Part shown: positions 36,233 through 45,656 of the stretch, piece after piece
Position numbering within the stretch: position 1 is the first letter of the stretch
How the letters are laid out: every line of letters begins with the position of its first letter
Source: a virus
Length of the DNA stretch: 64,000 nucleotides
Strand: one strand, 5' to 3'
IMG/VR virus record: IMGVR_UViG_3300021225_000287
Span: 3,826 to 67,825 of that record
Made by a program: the position numbers and the translations under genes
Notes under the pieces: generated by a model
The model's database searches: none
Told to the model about the DNA's origin: nothing
What the model saw: only the letters and a program-made list of their open reading frames with translations

Positions 36233-37007
36233 CGTTTAACCCCTGCAGGGTTCTGTTCAGCTTCGTCGTATCTGCGCAGGTGTACTTCTGGTACTGCGGC
36301 TTAATGTGCTCCGGCATGGGGATCTCCGCGATGTACGCACCGCACTCCTCAGCAATAGCCTGAGCGATGTCCAAGAAGCTCCGCGTTTCCCCAGTGCCTA
36401 CATTCCAAAGCCCCGATTGAGGATACCCCGCCATACGATTAAGTATAGCTACAACGTAGCTCACCGGAACAAAGTCTCGAACGTACTGGTCGCTGTTCTC
36501 AAAAAGCTTGATGACTCCAGTAGCCGAGGCTTGCCTTCTAAATGCCGTATGAGGACTGGGCTGGAGCTTATGAGACTCGTAGTCAAAGGGGGTGTCATTG
36601 TAGACATTGAAGAATCTGAACCCTTGTACCGGAGCAGTATGCAGCCTGTTCTGCACCCAGTAGTCAAACCAGAATTTGCTCCATGCGTAGGGGCTTTGCG
36701 GCTGGCATGGGTCAGTCTCTTTGCTGGGTTTCGTTGTGGGTCCGTACACCGAGGCGGAGCTGGCGTACTGTAGAGGGATTTTGGCTTTCTGACAGAGGTT
36801 GTACAACCGAACGGAGTAGTCGTAGTTGTAGTGGAGCACGCGCTCCACATTGGTCTCAGTCGTCGAACTCAGAGCGCCTAGATGAACTACGCGGGTAAAG
36901 GCTGACAAATCGGGAATAGGATCGTCAATATCAATACCCACGCAGTCGGGCGTGTCCAGCAGGTAGGCTTGTCCAATAAATCCTTTAGCGCCTGTGACAA
37001 GGATCAT
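36222..37007 (-). CDS. rfaD: ADP-L-glycero-D-manno-heptose 6-epimerase-like extended SDR
   Basis: ILVTGAKGFIG, HLGALSSTTE, NYDYS, YASSASVYG, YAWSK, FRFFNVY, RDFV, NVGTG, IPMP...YQKYTCAD. Confidence 0.75.
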   Translation of the reverse strand: MILVTGAKGFIGQAYLLDTPDCVGIDIDDPIPDLSAFTRVVHLGALSSTTETNVERVLHYNYDYSVRLYNLCQKAKIPLQYASSASVYGPTTKPSKETDPCQPQSPYAWSKFWFDYWVQNRLHTAPVQGFRFFNVYNDTPFDYESHKLQPSPHTAFRRQASATGVIKLFENSDQYVRDFVPVSYVVAILNRMAGYPQSGLWNVGTGETRSFLDIAQAIAEECGAYIAEIPMPEHIKPQYQKYTCADTTKLNRTLQGLNDVR

Positions 37008-37591
37008 TAGTCCTCTTTGATGACACGCATCTTGATGAGAGTGTGCACTGCCACATTATTGGCTTCGCGCATGAGCCTGCGGAACATGAACTCTTCCTCC
37101 TGAGAAATCTGCCCAGCTTCCATCAGCTTCTTGGTCTTCTCGACCATATCCGCGTAAAACTGATCGTACTCAAAGTCGTACCAAGCCATCTCAAAGTTCA
37201 CGTTGTACTTGAGGCCCATCCCTGAACTGGAGCCATACATCTCGATATGCTCTTTATTCGTCTTCTGGCAGAACATGTACATGCCGCCAACCGTGATCGG
37301 GCGCTTATGCGTCGGATCGGAATAAAAGTTATCGTGAAAGTGATGAGGCACCACAATGTCCAGAATCGCGCCGTGCTTACACACGCGATAGATTTCCTGC
37401 ATCAGCGGGATGAACCCTTCACCGATATGCTCAAGGATATGATGGGCTCGGACTTCCTCTACGGAATTGTCCTCGAACGGGAGCTTGCCCTTCTCGATAT
37501 CAACCAGAAAATCCGGCTCTACCAAAGGATCATCATCGACGTTCAGAAACCCATCAATGCGCTTATAGCCACTACCAAGGTTAATTTTCAT
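37007..37591 (-). CDS. Class I SAM-dependent methyltransferase
   Basis: KINLGSG...NVD...LPFEDNSV...HILEH...EIYRVCK...DPTH. Confidence 0.8.
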   Translation of the reverse strand: MKINLGSGYKRIDGFLNVDDDPLVEPDFLVDIEKGKLPFEDNSVEEVRAHHILEHIGEGFIPLMQEIYRVCKHGAILDIVVPHHFHDNFYSDPTHKRPITVGGMYMFCQKTNKEHIEMYGSSSGMGLKYNVNFEMAWYDFEYDQFYADMVEKTKKLMEAGQISQEEEFMFRRLMREANNVAVHTLIKMRVIKED

Positions 37592-38037
37592 TAGGGGCCC
37601 GGCGGTGTCCAGTTGTTGAGTTCAACCTGAATAACATCCAGCTCATCCATCGTCGTTGCATTGACAATTTGAGTTCTGATGTCTTCATAACGAGTCTGCG
37701 CAGCAGCAACCACAGCAGGATCATAATGAGAGTCGGGGTTTGAGTCCGTTTCCTTCTGTGATTCGTAGGCTACCGTCGCGTTGAATTGCGAAGAGTTCTG
37801 GCTGTTCATGCCGCCCTTGCGCTCATCAACCGTGAAGTCATGTACGGTCCAGATAATTTCCACTGGATCTACAGAGCACTCGTAAAAGGGGCCTTGGTAA
37901 TACTGACGATACGGAACCAATGCAGGCTTGATCTCAACCGCATAATGCCAACCATCCTGCCCAACAGGAACCGGAGGAGGCGTATCCCAGCACTGGGCCA
38001 TCTGGCCGTTAACGACTTGAACGTAGAGTTGTGTCAT
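37591..38037 (-). CDS. Putative tail fibre assembly/associated protein
   Basis: Directly follows an RCC1 gene; ATG 38037 has AGGA upstream. Confidence 0.5.
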   Translation of the reverse strand: MTQLYVQVVNGQMAQCWDTPPPVPVGQDGWHYAVEIKPALVPYRQYYQGPFYECSVDPVEIIWTVHDFTVDERKGGMNSQNSSQFNATVAYESQKETDSNPDSHYDPAVVAAAQTRYEDIRTQIVNATTMDELDVIQVELNNWTPPGP

Positions 38038-38054
38038 GTTGATTTTCCTGTTGT

Positions 38055-39101
38055 TTAAGAACCTTTTAGGGCGAGCGTATGTAAGTAGCCGCCAGCAATT
38101 GAGAACCACGTCGTCAGAGCACCGACCTGTTTAGGGGAAGAGTAGTTCGTTGTGTTACCTAAGCCAAGCTGACCAAATTGATTCCTTCCCCAGCTCCATA
38201 GCGCTCCATCTGTTTTAATAGCGAGTGAGTGGTAGTTACCTGCGGTAATGTTAAGCCATGTCGTTAGAGCACCGACCTGTTTGGGCGATGAGTAGTTGGC
38301 TGTGTTACCTAAGCCGAGCTGACCACTGTTGTTCCGTCCCCAGCTCCAGAGAGTGCCATCGGTTTTTAGGGCGAGTGAGTGGTAGGCACCCGCGGTGATG
38401 GAGGACCATGTCGTTAGAGCTCCGACTTGTTTAGGAGAGGAGTAGTTGGTTCTGTTGTTTAGGCCAAGCTGCCCTTGAGCGTTATACCCCCAACCCCAAA
38501 GTGTACCGTCGGTTTTTATAGCGAGTGTGTAGTATTGACCCGCGGTGATGGAGGACCATGTCGTTAGAGCTCCGACTTGTTTAGGAGAGGAGTAGTCGGT
38601 TATGTTGTTTAGGCCGAGCTGACCAGAGCTGTTTCTACCCCAACCCCAAAGTGTACCGTCGGTTTTTATAGCGAGTGAGTGATAGCGACCTGCGGTGATG
38701 TTGAGCCACGTAGTCAGAGCACCGACCTGCTTGGGGGATGAGTAGTCGGTTAGGTTACCTAACCCAAGGCAACCAAAGTTACTAGCCCCCCAGACCCAAA
38801 GAGTACCGTCGGTTTTAATAGCGAGTGAGTGGTAGTTACCTGCGGCGACGTTAAGCCACGTAGTAAGAGCACCGACTTGTTTGGGGGAGGAGTAGTTGGT
38901 AATGTTACCAAGACCGAGCTCGCCTTGAGCGTTATAGCCCCAGCTCCACAACCTAAGGTCATAGGGCTTAGGCCACATGCCATTTTTCTGATACCACGCA
39001 GCTTGCTCTAAAGTCCAAATCCCCGGTGCGGAGCCCTCATAGCCTCCTGTCGGCACGGGTGCCGTTGCCTTGATAAAGCCACCGGGATATTTAGTACTCA
39101 T
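38055..39101 (-). CDS. RCC1/BLIP-II repeat beta-propeller protein (6 repeats)
   Basis: 50-aa repeats LWSWGxNxxGQLGLGNxTNYSSPKQVGALTTW...HSLAIKTDGT. Confidence 0.85.
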   Translation of the reverse strand: MSTKYPGGFIKATAPVPTGGYEGSAPGIWTLEQAAWYQKNGMWPKPYDLRLWSWGYNAQGELGLGNITNYSSPKQVGALTTWLNVAAGNYHSLAIKTDGTLWVWGASNFGCLGLGNLTDYSSPKQVGALTTWLNITAGRYHSLAIKTDGTLWGWGRNSSGQLGLNNITDYSSPKQVGALTTWSSITAGQYYTLAIKTDGTLWGWGYNAQGQLGLNNRTNYSSPKQVGALTTWSSITAGAYHSLALKTDGTLWSWGRNNSGQLGLGNTANYSSPKQVGALTTWLNITAGNYHSLAIKTDGALWSWGRNQFGQLGLGNTTNYSSPKQVGALTTWFSIAGGYLHTLALKGS

Positions 39102-40861
39102 GCCGCTTCAGCCTCACTGAACCGCGCCTCAAGACGCTCTTTAATTTCATCAAAGCAGTTCTGCCAGTCGCCATATTCTTTCTGGCGGATCATGACCATC
39201 GCATCATAATAGGGCGTTTTTTCACCCGGCAGTGCGTACAAATAGTATGGCATAACGGCCTGAACAACCCAAGTCTCAACACCCATCGCCGCGGACAAGT
39301 GGCTCACAGAGGTACAGGACGTAATCACCAGATCGCAGCTTGCGACCGCATGGCGCGTTGCCTCCCACGTAGACAAGTCTACCTCTTTAACCCAATCAGG
39401 GCGAAGCTCAGCACCTTCATCGCGCTGTAAGCTAATGAACTCAGCATCAATCCCGGCTACCGACTCAAAGAACGGCTCAACAGGAAACACACGGTGCTGC
39501 TCATGCTCAAACATGGGGTTACCAGACCAACGCAAACCAATACGTAACTTCTTACCCTTCGGCACTTCCGGCCTCGGAATGTACTGCGCTCCGCTCAAGT
39601 CTTCAAGGTCATAGCCCAGATAGAACGGCATGGACATCGCCGGAATCCAGAAGTCATGGTACACCCCATACAGGGCATCCATCTGAACCACCGCGCTCAC
39701 ACCCTCAATATCTCTAAAAAGAGATGCCAACTGCCCAGAACAAGCCACAACGACCTTATTACCTAGCGCCGCCAAGTCCTTCGCATATCGCACCTGATGG
39801 ATCTGATCGCCTAACCCTGCTTCAAGACGCAGGAGGATCGTACCCTTGCTCTTGCCATCCCACAACGGAGCCGGGGTATCAGCCGGACGATTACCCCAAC
39901 ATTCTTCAATACGTCCCCGTTCGAGAAGTGCATAGCCTTCCTTGATCTTGCCATCACGCAGGTAGTACCAGCCGCGATTATAAGCAGCGCGATGATCCCA
40001 AGGACGTTCCTTCTCAAGCTGCTGCGCTATGCGCCAGCCTTCCTCAAAGTTACCCAGACGACCTGCAGTGACCTGTACATCCAAAGGGTCCATCTCGTAG
40101 CCCTTCGGGACTACCTCTCCACGCCAGAAGGCGGGATGACAGAACTTGTTGTAGTGATGTTTTAAAAGGTCCTTGGCATTCTGGTAATGCTGCCGACCGA
40201 GCTTCTTGGCGACCTTGTGCATTCCGGCATAGCCGTGCATTTCCTCATCATCTTCCGCAACCGTAGACCCGTCGATATTAGCGAAGTCATATTCAAACGG
40301 TGCAAGACCCAGAAACTCGTGGATCTTTTCAAGCTCTGCCTTGGGGTCCGTCAAAAGGTCTTCGTATTCAACGAAGTGAAACACTTCCGGTTTGTAGTTG
40401 TATCCCGTCTGCAGGGTGATATAGGCGTGCTTCAGGTGGTCCATGAGCTGCCCACCATAGATGAATTCATCCAGATTTCGTGGGTTCGCCACGCGAACAA
40501 AAGACGCTGCACAGTCCGTAATATCCCGCACAGTAGCAATGATCTTGATCGGTTCCTGATTGACCAAAGACATCGCATCCATGATCTGAGGAATAGGCCA
40601 GCCACGGGACTTGTCGATAATGACGGGCTTCTGCCCTTCATACCGGGCCTTAATCACTGCACGCATCACATGCTGAAGCTGCTCTCGCTTGGGGTCTTCC
40701 TTGTTCAGCAGATGGGCATTACTCCATGTTTCTGCCAGACCGTTGAGAATGTGAATGAGTGATGAGGTTGTGGAGACCTGAGTCTCCGGGTTTTGGTTAA
40801 GGATCGCGGCGAGCACCGTCGATCCCGACCTTGGGATGCCTGACAGAAAATGAAGTTGCAT
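39098..40861 (-). CDS. Sulfotransferase fused to a TPR/GT9-like glycosyltransferase
   Basis: PAPS-binding GIPRSGSTVL, IDKSRGW, VRD, VEYEDL; then EAGLGDQI..VRY, RIGLRWSGNP, DLVITSCTSVSHLSAAMG, TPYY. Confidence 0.8.
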   Translation of the reverse strand: MQLHFLSGIPRSGSTVLAAILNQNPETQVSTTSSLIHILNGLAETWSNAHLLNKEDPKREQLQHVMRAVIKARYEGQKPVIIDKSRGWPIPQIMDAMSLVNQEPIKIIATVRDITDCAASFVRVANPRNLDEFIYGGQLMDHLKHAYITLQTGYNYKPEVFHFVEYEDLLTDPKAELEKIHEFLGLAPFEYDFANIDGSTVAEDDEEMHGYAGMHKVAKKLGRQHYQNAKDLLKHHYNKFCHPAFWRGEVVPKGYEMDPLDVQVTAGRLGNFEEGWRIAQQLEKERPWDHRAAYNRGWYYLRDGKIKEGYALLERGRIEECWGNRPADTPAPLWDGKSKGTILLRLEAGLGDQIHQVRYAKDLAALGNKVVVACSGQLASLFRDIEGVSAVVQMDALYGVYHDFWIPAMSMPFYLGYDLEDLSGAQYIPRPEVPKGKKLRIGLRWSGNPMFEHEQHRVFPVEPFFESVAGIDAEFISLQRDEGAELRPDWVKEVDLSTWEATRHAVASCDLVITSCTSVSHLSAAMGVETWVVQAVMPYYLYALPGEKTPYYDAMVMIRQKEYGDWQNCFDEIKERLEARFSEAEAA

Positions 40862-40874
40862 ATAATTTTCCTTT

Positions 40875-42035
40875 TTATGTTGTAAGACTTGTGATAGCTA
40901 TCGTGTAGCTGCTGCCCGCGGAAACAGCGTACCATGTCGTTAGAGCACCGACTTGTTTGGGGGAGGAGTAGTTAGTTCTATTGCCTAAACCGAGCTGACC
41001 GCTGGCGTTATCCCCCCAACTCCAGAGGGTTCCATCGGTCTTAATAGCGAGTGAAAATAAAGTGCCTGTGGTGACCTTAGACCACGTCGTAAGAGCACCG
41101 ACCTGTTTGGGGGAGGAGTATGGGGTTACGTTACCTTGGCCGAGTTGACCTTGCAAGTTTCTACCCCAGCTCCAGAGAGTGCCATCGGTTTTTATAGCGA
41201 GTGAGTGGTAATAGCCTGCGGCGCTCTTAGACCATGTTGTGAGAGCACCGACCTGTTTAGGGGAGGAGTAGTAGGTGGTGTTACCTAAGCCGAGCTGGCC
41301 GTATTTGTTATTGCCCCAGCTCCAGAGGGTTCCGTCGGTTTTTATGGCGAGTGAGTGGTAATAGCCTGCGGTGATGTTGAGCCAATTAGTCAGAGCACCG
41401 ACCTGTTTAGGGGAGGAATAGTAATTTATGTTGCTCAGACCAAGCTGACCGAAGCTGTTTTGTCCCCAGCTCCAGAGAGTGCCATCGGTCTTAATAGCGA
41501 GTGAGCACAACCTACCCGCAGTAATAGTAGACCATGTCGTCAGAGCTCCGACCTGTTTAGGAGAGGAGTAACTGGACCTGTTGTTTAGGCCGAGCTGACC
41601 GAAGCCCCCTTGACCCCAGCTCCAGAGAGTGCCATCGGTTTTAATAGCGAGTGTGTGGTAGAAACCTGCGGCAGCTTTAGACCATGTCGTTAGAGCTCCG
41701 ACCTGTTTAGGGGAGGAGTAGTAGGTGGTGTTACCTAAGCCGAGCTGACCGCTGCTGTTAGCCCCCCAGCTCCAGAGAGTGCCGTTGGTTTTAACCGCGA
41801 GTGAGTGCTGGTAGCAGTCCCCTGTAACACTAGCCCACGTAGCAAGAGCACCGACCTGTGTAGGGGAGGAATACCATGTTGTGTTGCCTAGGCCGAGCTG
41901 ACCGCTGCTGTTATCTCCCCAGCTCCAGAGTTTATTAAGAGTTAGTCCCGGCCATGTTTCCGCGCCCACCGCCTGCATCTGCGCCTGCCGGGTCCACATT
42001 CCGCTGTATCGTGTGTAGGGATAAACGATAGGCAT
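40875..42035 (-). CDS. RCC1/BLIP-II repeat beta-propeller protein (7 repeats)
   Basis: Same 50-aa repeat unit. Confidence 0.85.
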   Translation of the reverse strand: MPIVYPYTRYSGMWTRQAQMQAVGAETWPGLTLNKLWSWGDNSSGQLGLGNTTWYSSPTQVGALATWASVTGDCYQHSLAVKTNGTLWSWGANSSGQLGLGNTTYYSSPKQVGALTTWSKAAAGFYHTLAIKTDGTLWSWGQGGFGQLGLNNRSSYSSPKQVGALTTWSTITAGRLCSLAIKTDGTLWSWGQNSFGQLGLSNINYYSSPKQVGALTNWLNITAGYYHSLAIKTDGTLWSWGNNKYGQLGLGNTTYYSSPKQVGALTTWSKSAAGYYHSLAIKTDGTLWSWGRNLQGQLGQGNVTPYSSPKQVGALTTWSKVTTGTLFSLAIKTDGTLWSWGDNASGQLGLGNRTNYSSPKQVGALTTWYAVSAGSSYTIAITSLTT

Positions 42036-42044
42036 AAGAAGATC

Positions 42045-43187
42045 CTAGTATTTGAGGGCGAGCGTGTTAGCCCCGGCGTATGTTTTTGCTGGGGCCGACA
42101 CTAAATACCACGTAGCAAGAGCGCCGACTTGTTTGGGAGAGTTATAAGTAGCTACACCACCCAAACCGAGCTGGCCATAGCTATTATAGCCCCAGCTCCA
42201 TAGCGTGCCGTCTGTCTTGATGGCTAGTGAGTTGTAGGAACCGACTGTAATTTTAGACCACGTCGTCAGAGCTCCGACCTGTTTGGGAGAGGAGTAGGAT
42301 GTCGTGTTGCTTATACCAAGTTGCCCATAGGCATTGTATCCCCAACTCCAAAGCGTACCATCGGTTTTTATAACGGCGGTATGCTGATATCCTGCCGCGG
42401 CGTTAAGCCACGTAGTCAAAGCGCCGACCTGTTTGGGAGAGGAGTAGTTGGTGATGTTACCTAGGCCGAGCTGGCCATTGTTGTTTCTGCCCCAGCTCCA
42501 GAGAGTGCCGTCGGTTTTGATGGCAACTGCACAGAAGTAACCCCCTGTAACACTAGCCCACGTCGTCAACGCGCCGACCTGTTTGGGGGAGGAGTACTGC
42601 GTTCTATTGTTTAGCCCTAATTCCCCATAATAGCTCTGCCCCCAACTCCAAAGCGTGCCGTCGGTTTTGACAGCATACGAAGAATAGGAACCAGCGGAAA
42701 CATTTAGCCAGTTAGTTAGAGCGCCGATTTGTTGAGGAGAAGAAGTTTGAGTCCTATTACCTAGCCCGAGCTGACCGTTGGCGTTATAGCCCCAGCTCCA
42801 GAGGGTCCCGTCGGTTTTAACAGCGAGTGTGTGAGCTTGACCTGCGGTGATCTTAGACCACGTTGTCAGCGCACCGACCTGTTTAGGGGAAGAGTAGTTG
42901 GTGATGTTGCCTAAGCCGAGCTGACCGTTGCTGTTAGCCCCCCAGCTCCAGAGGGTGCCGTCTGTTTTGATGGCTATACTATACGTGTCACTCGCCGTTA
43001 AGTTAGCCCATGTCGTCAGAGCGCCGACTTGTTTAGGAGAGGAATAGCTGGTTATGTTATTGAGACCTAGTTGCCCTTGGGTGTTAAAGCCCCAGCTCCA
43101 GAGCTCATATAGATAGGTACCCGTAGGCGCAGCCAGCGGGTTAAAAAGCCCAGCTTGTATCCATCCGCCAAGATAACGCTGACTCAT
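42045..43187 (-). CDS. RCC1/BLIP-II repeat beta-propeller protein (7 repeats)
   Basis: Same 50-aa repeat unit. Confidence 0.85.
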   Translation of the reverse strand: MSQRYLGGWIQAGLFNPLAAPTGTYLYELWSWGFNTQGQLGLNNITSYSSPKQVGALTTWANLTASDTYSIAIKTDGTLWSWGANSNGQLGLGNITNYSSPKQVGALTTWSKITAGQAHTLAVKTDGTLWSWGYNANGQLGLGNRTQTSSPQQIGALTNWLNVSAGSYSSYAVKTDGTLWSWGQSYYGELGLNNRTQYSSPKQVGALTTWASVTGGYFCAVAIKTDGTLWSWGRNNNGQLGLGNITNYSSPKQVGALTTWLNAAAGYQHTAVIKTDGTLWSWGYNAYGQLGISNTTSYSSPKQVGALTTWSKITVGSYNSLAIKTDGTLWSWGYNSYGQLGLGGVATYNSPKQVGALATWYLVSAPAKTYAGANTLALKY

Positions 43188-43195
43188 ATCAGCTC

Positions 43196-43567
43196 CTAGT
43201 TGATTTCTTCCCAGCTTGTCGTAACGACCAGCGTATTTGCCGTACCTGCGGTGGCACCTACAGACTTATCTTCCAGCAGATAGAACGCAGTAGTCTTGTC
43301 CGTGACAATCAGAGAAGCGTAAGCGGGAACAGAAATGGTAGATGCCAGAGCGTAGGCTGTGCCACCTAGCGCCGCAGCACTGTAGACGTTGATCGTGATA
43401 TTCGCTGCGCTGGCCCCGGTATTGGCAACCACAATGGAGTCGATCTTATAGACCTTACCACTAGAAGCTGCGTTGCTGACCAGAGATGTTGCAGAAGTTG
43501 TGCTCAGTGCTGTCGTGCTTGTATTGCCGTAAATTGCACTGACATTAACGATGTTAGGATTTGCCAT
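43196..43567 (-). CDS. Small virion structural protein
   Basis: MANPNIVNV...SWEEIN, a beta-rich family commonly found upstream of fibre genes. Confidence 0.6.
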   Translation of the reverse strand: MANPNIVNVSAIYGNTSTTALSTTSATSLVSNAASSGKVYKIDSIVVANTGASAANITINVYSAAALGGTAYALASTISVPAYASLIVTDKTTAFYLLEDKSVGATAGTANTLVVTTSWEEIN

Positions 43568-43584
43568 CGAAATTACCTATAAAA

Positions 43585-43944
43585 TTAGCTGCCGAAGACC
43601 ATTGCAAGAGCTACCGCTCTACCCTTGTATACCGATGTACTCGCAGAATAGTCACACCAGACATTGACTGTATTCCCCGCTAAGCTCAACGGCGAAGTGG
43701 TTCCAGAAGAATTAGCCAAAACCGTAGTACGAGACAAGGTATCCGGCGTTGCATCGGTGACTGTACCAATGCCTACTTCCCAAACATTCGCAACGGGATC
43801 TTGGATTACATAATACGTGGAGTTCCCGTTTCCTACACCAGAGACAAAGGTCTGATACCCCGTAGCAGCGCCAGCAAGGTTAAGCGTCCCCGTTCCACTC
43901 GTCGTGGAAGTCTCTTGGACCCGGTCAGCTAAAACAAGCGCCAT
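43585..43944 (-). CDS. Tail fibre N-terminal-like protein
   Basis: MALVLADRVQETSTTSGTG...WEVGIGT...LSRTTVL, ending ALAMVFG. Confidence 0.65.
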   Translation of the reverse strand: MALVLADRVQETSTTSGTGTLNLAGAATGYQTFVSGVGNGNSTYYVIQDPVANVWEVGIGTVTDATPDTLSRTTVLANSSGTTSPLSLAGNTVNVWCDYSASTSVYKGRAVALAMVFGS

Positions 43945-43956
43945 TAAGGGCCCCTA

Positions 43957-44568
43957 TCAGGACGTTGCGCTCGTGCTGTACGTGACAGCTACGGTATCTC
44001 CAGCCGTTGTGGCCTTAGCAACCGTGAAGTTACCTTCACTATAAAGCGTACCTGCCGTTGATCCCTGTGTATTGACAGCACCTGTGCCCGTGACCAAAAA
44101 ACACCCGTAAACCGTACCGCCCGCACCCGTGATGGTGTAGGTAATAGAAGACGCCGTAGATGAGGTGACGTTGGAAGGCGTGGTACCCGTAGAAGATGCT
44201 GCGGCAAAAACTGCCGTGCCACGAACCGCAGAGCCACCCACCGTGTAGTTGGTGAACTCAGCCGCATTGGTCGTAACCAGCGTGGTCATGGTATCCGTAG
44301 CCGCCGGAGTCAGGCTGACCTTGGTCAGACCAAGGAAAGGACCAACAGTCGTGTAAGTGCCAGAGGTGCGGAGCAGCGTATTCAGCATCAGCTCTTTGCC
44401 AGCAGCGACTACGAGGTTGGGGAAACTATCTTCCCACTTAACATTACCGTCCTTGTCGCGGCACACCACATGCCAAGAACCCTCGACGCCCATGCCTTCA
44501 GGAATAGCCACATTGGCTTGCAGAGAAGCTACAGCGTGGTCACCAAAATTAGAAAGTTCGTTACTCAT
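43957..44568 (-). CDS. Virion structural protein
   Basis: DKDGNVKWED..PNLVV..G; Thr-rich; GTLYS. Confidence 0.6.
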   Translation of the reverse strand: MSNELSNFGDHAVASLQANVAIPEGMGVEGSWHVVCRDKDGNVKWEDSFPNLVVAAGKELMLNTLLRTSGTYTTVGPFLGLTKVSLTPAATDTMTTLVTTNAAEFTNYTVGGSAVRGTAVFAAASSTGTTPSNVTSSTASSITYTITGAGGTVYGCFLVTGTGAVNTQGSTAGTLYSEGNFTVAKATTAGDTVAVTYSTSATS

Positions 44569-44578
44569 GTGAGCCTCA

Positions 44579-45007
44579 TCAATAAAGAATGACTGGAGCT
44601 GTAGTGCTCGTGTTTGCCGGGAAAAAAGTGCCGGGAAAAGTTGGGGTGCCGTTTGTGGAGTAGCTTCCACCAAAATTCAATACGAGCACAGAGCGATTAC
44701 CCTTTGACGCATTGTATATCAATGCACCTGCTGTCGTAAAAACTCCTCCGGGCCATGAAGGATCTTCCCAGCTCGTATAGGCCGTAGTGCCTGAAAGGGT
44801 CACACCCAGATTCGTCAGTACCTGCCCGCCCGCTGTATATCCTGTACCTACTACCTCATTTGTTGAGGTGTAGACCGTTGTAGCCGAACTAATATCCGAG
44901 GTGCTGGTGTACAGCGCAATCTTGAATGTGTCACCACCCACGGTGAAATCGTGGACACCCTGTAGGAGCTCTTCCTTAAAACTGGCGGTGAGCGCTTGTG
45001 TGATCAT
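44579..45007 (-). CDS. Virion structural protein
   Basis: SFKEELL.G.HDF...FKIALYT...NEV.GTGYTAGG...ALIYN. Confidence 0.65.
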   Translation of the reverse strand: MITQALTASFKEELLQGVHDFTVGGDTFKIALYTSTSDISSATTVYTSTNEVVGTGYTAGGQVLTNLGVTLSGTTAYTSWEDPSWPGGVFTTAGALIYNASKGNRSVLVLNFGGSYSTNGTPTFPGTFFPANTSTTAPVILY

Positions 45008-45654
45008 ACGACCTTGTCCCGAACCTGCATGGTCCTGTAGGCATCCTGACGATCCTTGCCATCACCCAGCATCTTGAGGGGGCCCATCGCTTCCTGATAT
45101 TTAGCCTGATAAGTCTGGATCAGATCCGCCTCACCTTTCATGTAAATATATGCCTCTACAAGACTTCCCCATAGCAATACGTTCGGGTAATTCGTCCCAA
45201 GCCAACTCGTCCCGGCAGTTACGATGGATTCAGGATAGGCGAAATAATGCAGCTCGATGTTGTAATTCACATCAGGTGTAGGACCCAAAATGTAGGTATT
45301 GTTGTCGAACAGCGCGTAGTATTGCGGTACCCCGGTTACAGCCGGGTAGGGGAACATTTCACGGATGTAGTTCACATCCTTGTTCAGCATATAGCGATAA
45401 TTGTTCGGAACCAGAGGCTCATCCGTGTTCATCACCGCGACAGAGAAGGTCGCAAGAAAATCTGACGGAAGCGACAGATAGGGAAAATTAGCCGTAGCTG
45501 ATCCCGTAACATTCTTCCTAAACGCAGGCAACTGCACCGTGTTATTTACCAGCGTCTCCGTGTTCTGAACGAACGTAGGAATGCTTGCCAGAAACGAAGT
45601 TTCGTTGTTCTGGGTAAAATTAACGATGTTGTCGTAGAGCTGCGTATAGTTCAT
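45004..45654 (-). CDS. Head-tail adaptor/tail tubular A-like protein
   Basis: MNYTQL, LPSDFL, GPTPD..Y.IELHY, LLWGSLVEA. Confidence 0.6.
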   Translation of the reverse strand: MNYTQLYDNIVNFTQNNETSFLASIPTFVQNTETLVNNTVQLPAFRKNVTGSATANFPYLSLPSDFLATFSVAVMNTDEPLVPNNYRYMLNKDVNYIREMFPYPAVTGVPQYYALFDNNTYILGPTPDVNYNIELHYFAYPESIVTAGTSWLGTNYPNVLLWGSLVEAYIYMKGEADLIQTYQAKYQEAMGPLKMLGDGKDRQDAYRTMQVRDKVV

Positions 45655-45656
45655 GC

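Noticed and set aside
38055-43187. Diversity-generating retroelement acting on the RCC1 repeats
   Set aside because: No reverse transcriptase or non-coding template repeat in the window, and differences are not obviously adenine-specific. A DGR elsewhere in the genome cannot be excluded.
38055-43187. CRISPR-like array
   Set aside because: The repeats have a 150-nt period, are in frame and are protein-coding. There is no repeat-spacer structure.
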